Positions 44,164 through 44,730 of a DNA stretch of 44,730 nt are shown here, piece after piece. The translations under genes were made by a program, and so were the position numbers. The DNA is taken from contig CANCPZ010000002.1 of NCBI GenBank assembly GCA_947380175.1, positions 1-44,730 on the forward strand, read 5' to 3'. The notes under the pieces are model-generated. The model searched no databases, was not told the DNA's origin, and saw only the letters and a program-made list of their open reading frames with translations. Numbering within the stretch: the first letter of the stretch is position 1; every line of letters begins with the position of its first letter. The DNA is from Bacteroidota bacterium (GTDB taxonomy: Bacteria; Bacteroidota; Bacteroidia; 2-12-FULL-35-15).

Positions 44164-44730
44164 TGCTTTATGGGCTTTAAAAGCTGCTGTTTTTTTGCGG
44201 TATGAATACTTGCATTTAAATCAAATCCTAATAATAAAATTAGAGAATTAATATATATCGAAATCATAATAACAATAAGCGTTCCAATAGAACCATATAA
44301 CTTATTGTACTTACCAAAATTATTTACATAATACGTAAAAACAATCGTTGCAATAATAATTAAAACTGTTGCAAACATTGAACCTGCAGAAAAAAAACGC
44401 CACCCCTTTTTCTTTTTTGGACCCAAAAAATAATTAAACGAAATGATTGAGTAACACAACATTGCCAAAATCAACCATTTCAAAAATGTTAATACATAAA
44501 ACAGTCCTAAATTATTATGTACTAAATGATGCAAGCCTAATTCGCTCACAACTAATATTAATGTTGAAACTGATAGCAACACCACAGTAATAAAAAGCAT
44601 ATAAAAAGAAATTACCCGTTGCTGAAGGGGATTACGAACTTCAATTTCATGATATGTTTCGTTAAACGAATTTATCATTGCATTAAAGCCATTTGTAGAA
44701 AAGTAAAGGGCAGAAATAAAACCAAAAGAC
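44160..44730 (-). CDS. YihY/BrkB (virulence factor BrkB) family membrane protein, C-terminal part (5' end lies right of the window)
   Basis: The frame stays open upstream of the track's ATG (44678) to the window edge; my translation is SFGFISALYFSTNGFNAMINSFNETY.... The C-terminal signature KLYGSIGTLIVIMISIYINSLILLLGFDLNASI is typical of the family. Full-length members are roughly 300 aa, so the gene is truncated by the window. Confidence 0.8.
   Translation of the reverse strand, partial: SFGFISALYFSTNGFNAMINSFNETYHEIEVRNPLQQRVISFYMLFITVVLLSVSTLILVVSELGLHHLVHNNLGLFYVLTFLKWLILAMLCYSIISFNYFLGPKKKKGWRFFSAGSMFATVLIIIATIVFTYYVNNFGKYNKLYGSIGTLIVIMISIYINSLILLLGFDLNASIHTAKKQQLLKPIKH

Noticed and set aside
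1-44730. Scan for CRISPR arrays, tRNA/rRNA/tmRNA/RNase P-like GC-rich structured segments, IS elements, integrases, phage genes, toxin-antitoxin pairs and known defence-system genes
   Set aside because: None seen. Every intergenic gap over 150 nt (3858-4083, 9313-9525, 15744-15994, 25897-26111, 30810-30997, 34615-34861, 43167-43395) is AT-rich without extended stems or direct-repeat arrays. Every long ORF is either housekeeping or an envelope protein. A covariance-model scan (Infernal/Rfam, tRNAscan-SE) would be needed to exclude small ncRNAs formally.

Overview
AT-rich, very gene-dense chromosomal segment with about 41 protein-coding genes. I see no rRNA, tRNA, CRISPR array, transposase/integrase or prophage gene. 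I assign it to Bacteroidota, probably a Flavobacteriia-like organism. This rests on the gldF-gldG gliding-motility ABC genes, a fused E1 alpha/beta 2-oxoacid dehydrogenase, DUF4197/DUF4340-type proteins and TPR+PD40+OmpA-like envelope proteins. It also rests on recurrent TAnnTTTG (-7 box) motifs upstream of genes and a general lack of Shine-Dalgarno sequences. The content is overwhelmingly housekeeping: rsmG, an ECF sigma factor, tgt, an LptF/LptG permease, an M61 peptidase, lpdA, an RsmB-like methyltransferase, recR, glyA, an E2 acyltransferase and a DnaQ-like exonuclease. It continues with a FAH-family hydrolase, a tandem-Usp protein, a nucleoside phosphorylase, an LPS-type GT2 plus polysaccharide deacetylase, lysA, gldF/gldG, dnaN, rlmF, pruA, murQ, and TerC-family and YihY/BrkB-family membrane proteins. 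Several ORF-track N-termini are TTG-initiated extensions, and I trimmed them to conserved ATG starts. Two things are missing from the track: a left-edge CDS (2-541, +) and the right-edge continuation of the YihY gene. I did not find a convincing multi-gene novel system; there are no defence, toxin-antitoxin, secretion-apparatus or mobile-element hallmarks. Four items are the most unusual, and all need database or structure checks. (1) A GT2 fused to a WbaP/WcaJ-like phosphoglycosyltransferase scaffold whose catalytic core appears deleted (13788-15743). (2) A left-edge three-gene cassette ending in a secreted protein built from 17-aa repeats (2-1350). (3) Tandem paralogous TPR-PD40 proteins, one carrying a degenerate OmpA-like domain (18820-22548). 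(4) A small lipoprotein gene split by a 1-nt frame offset in a T5-GG-T5 tract (36059-36296). All family assignments come from motif recognition by eye; no searches were run.
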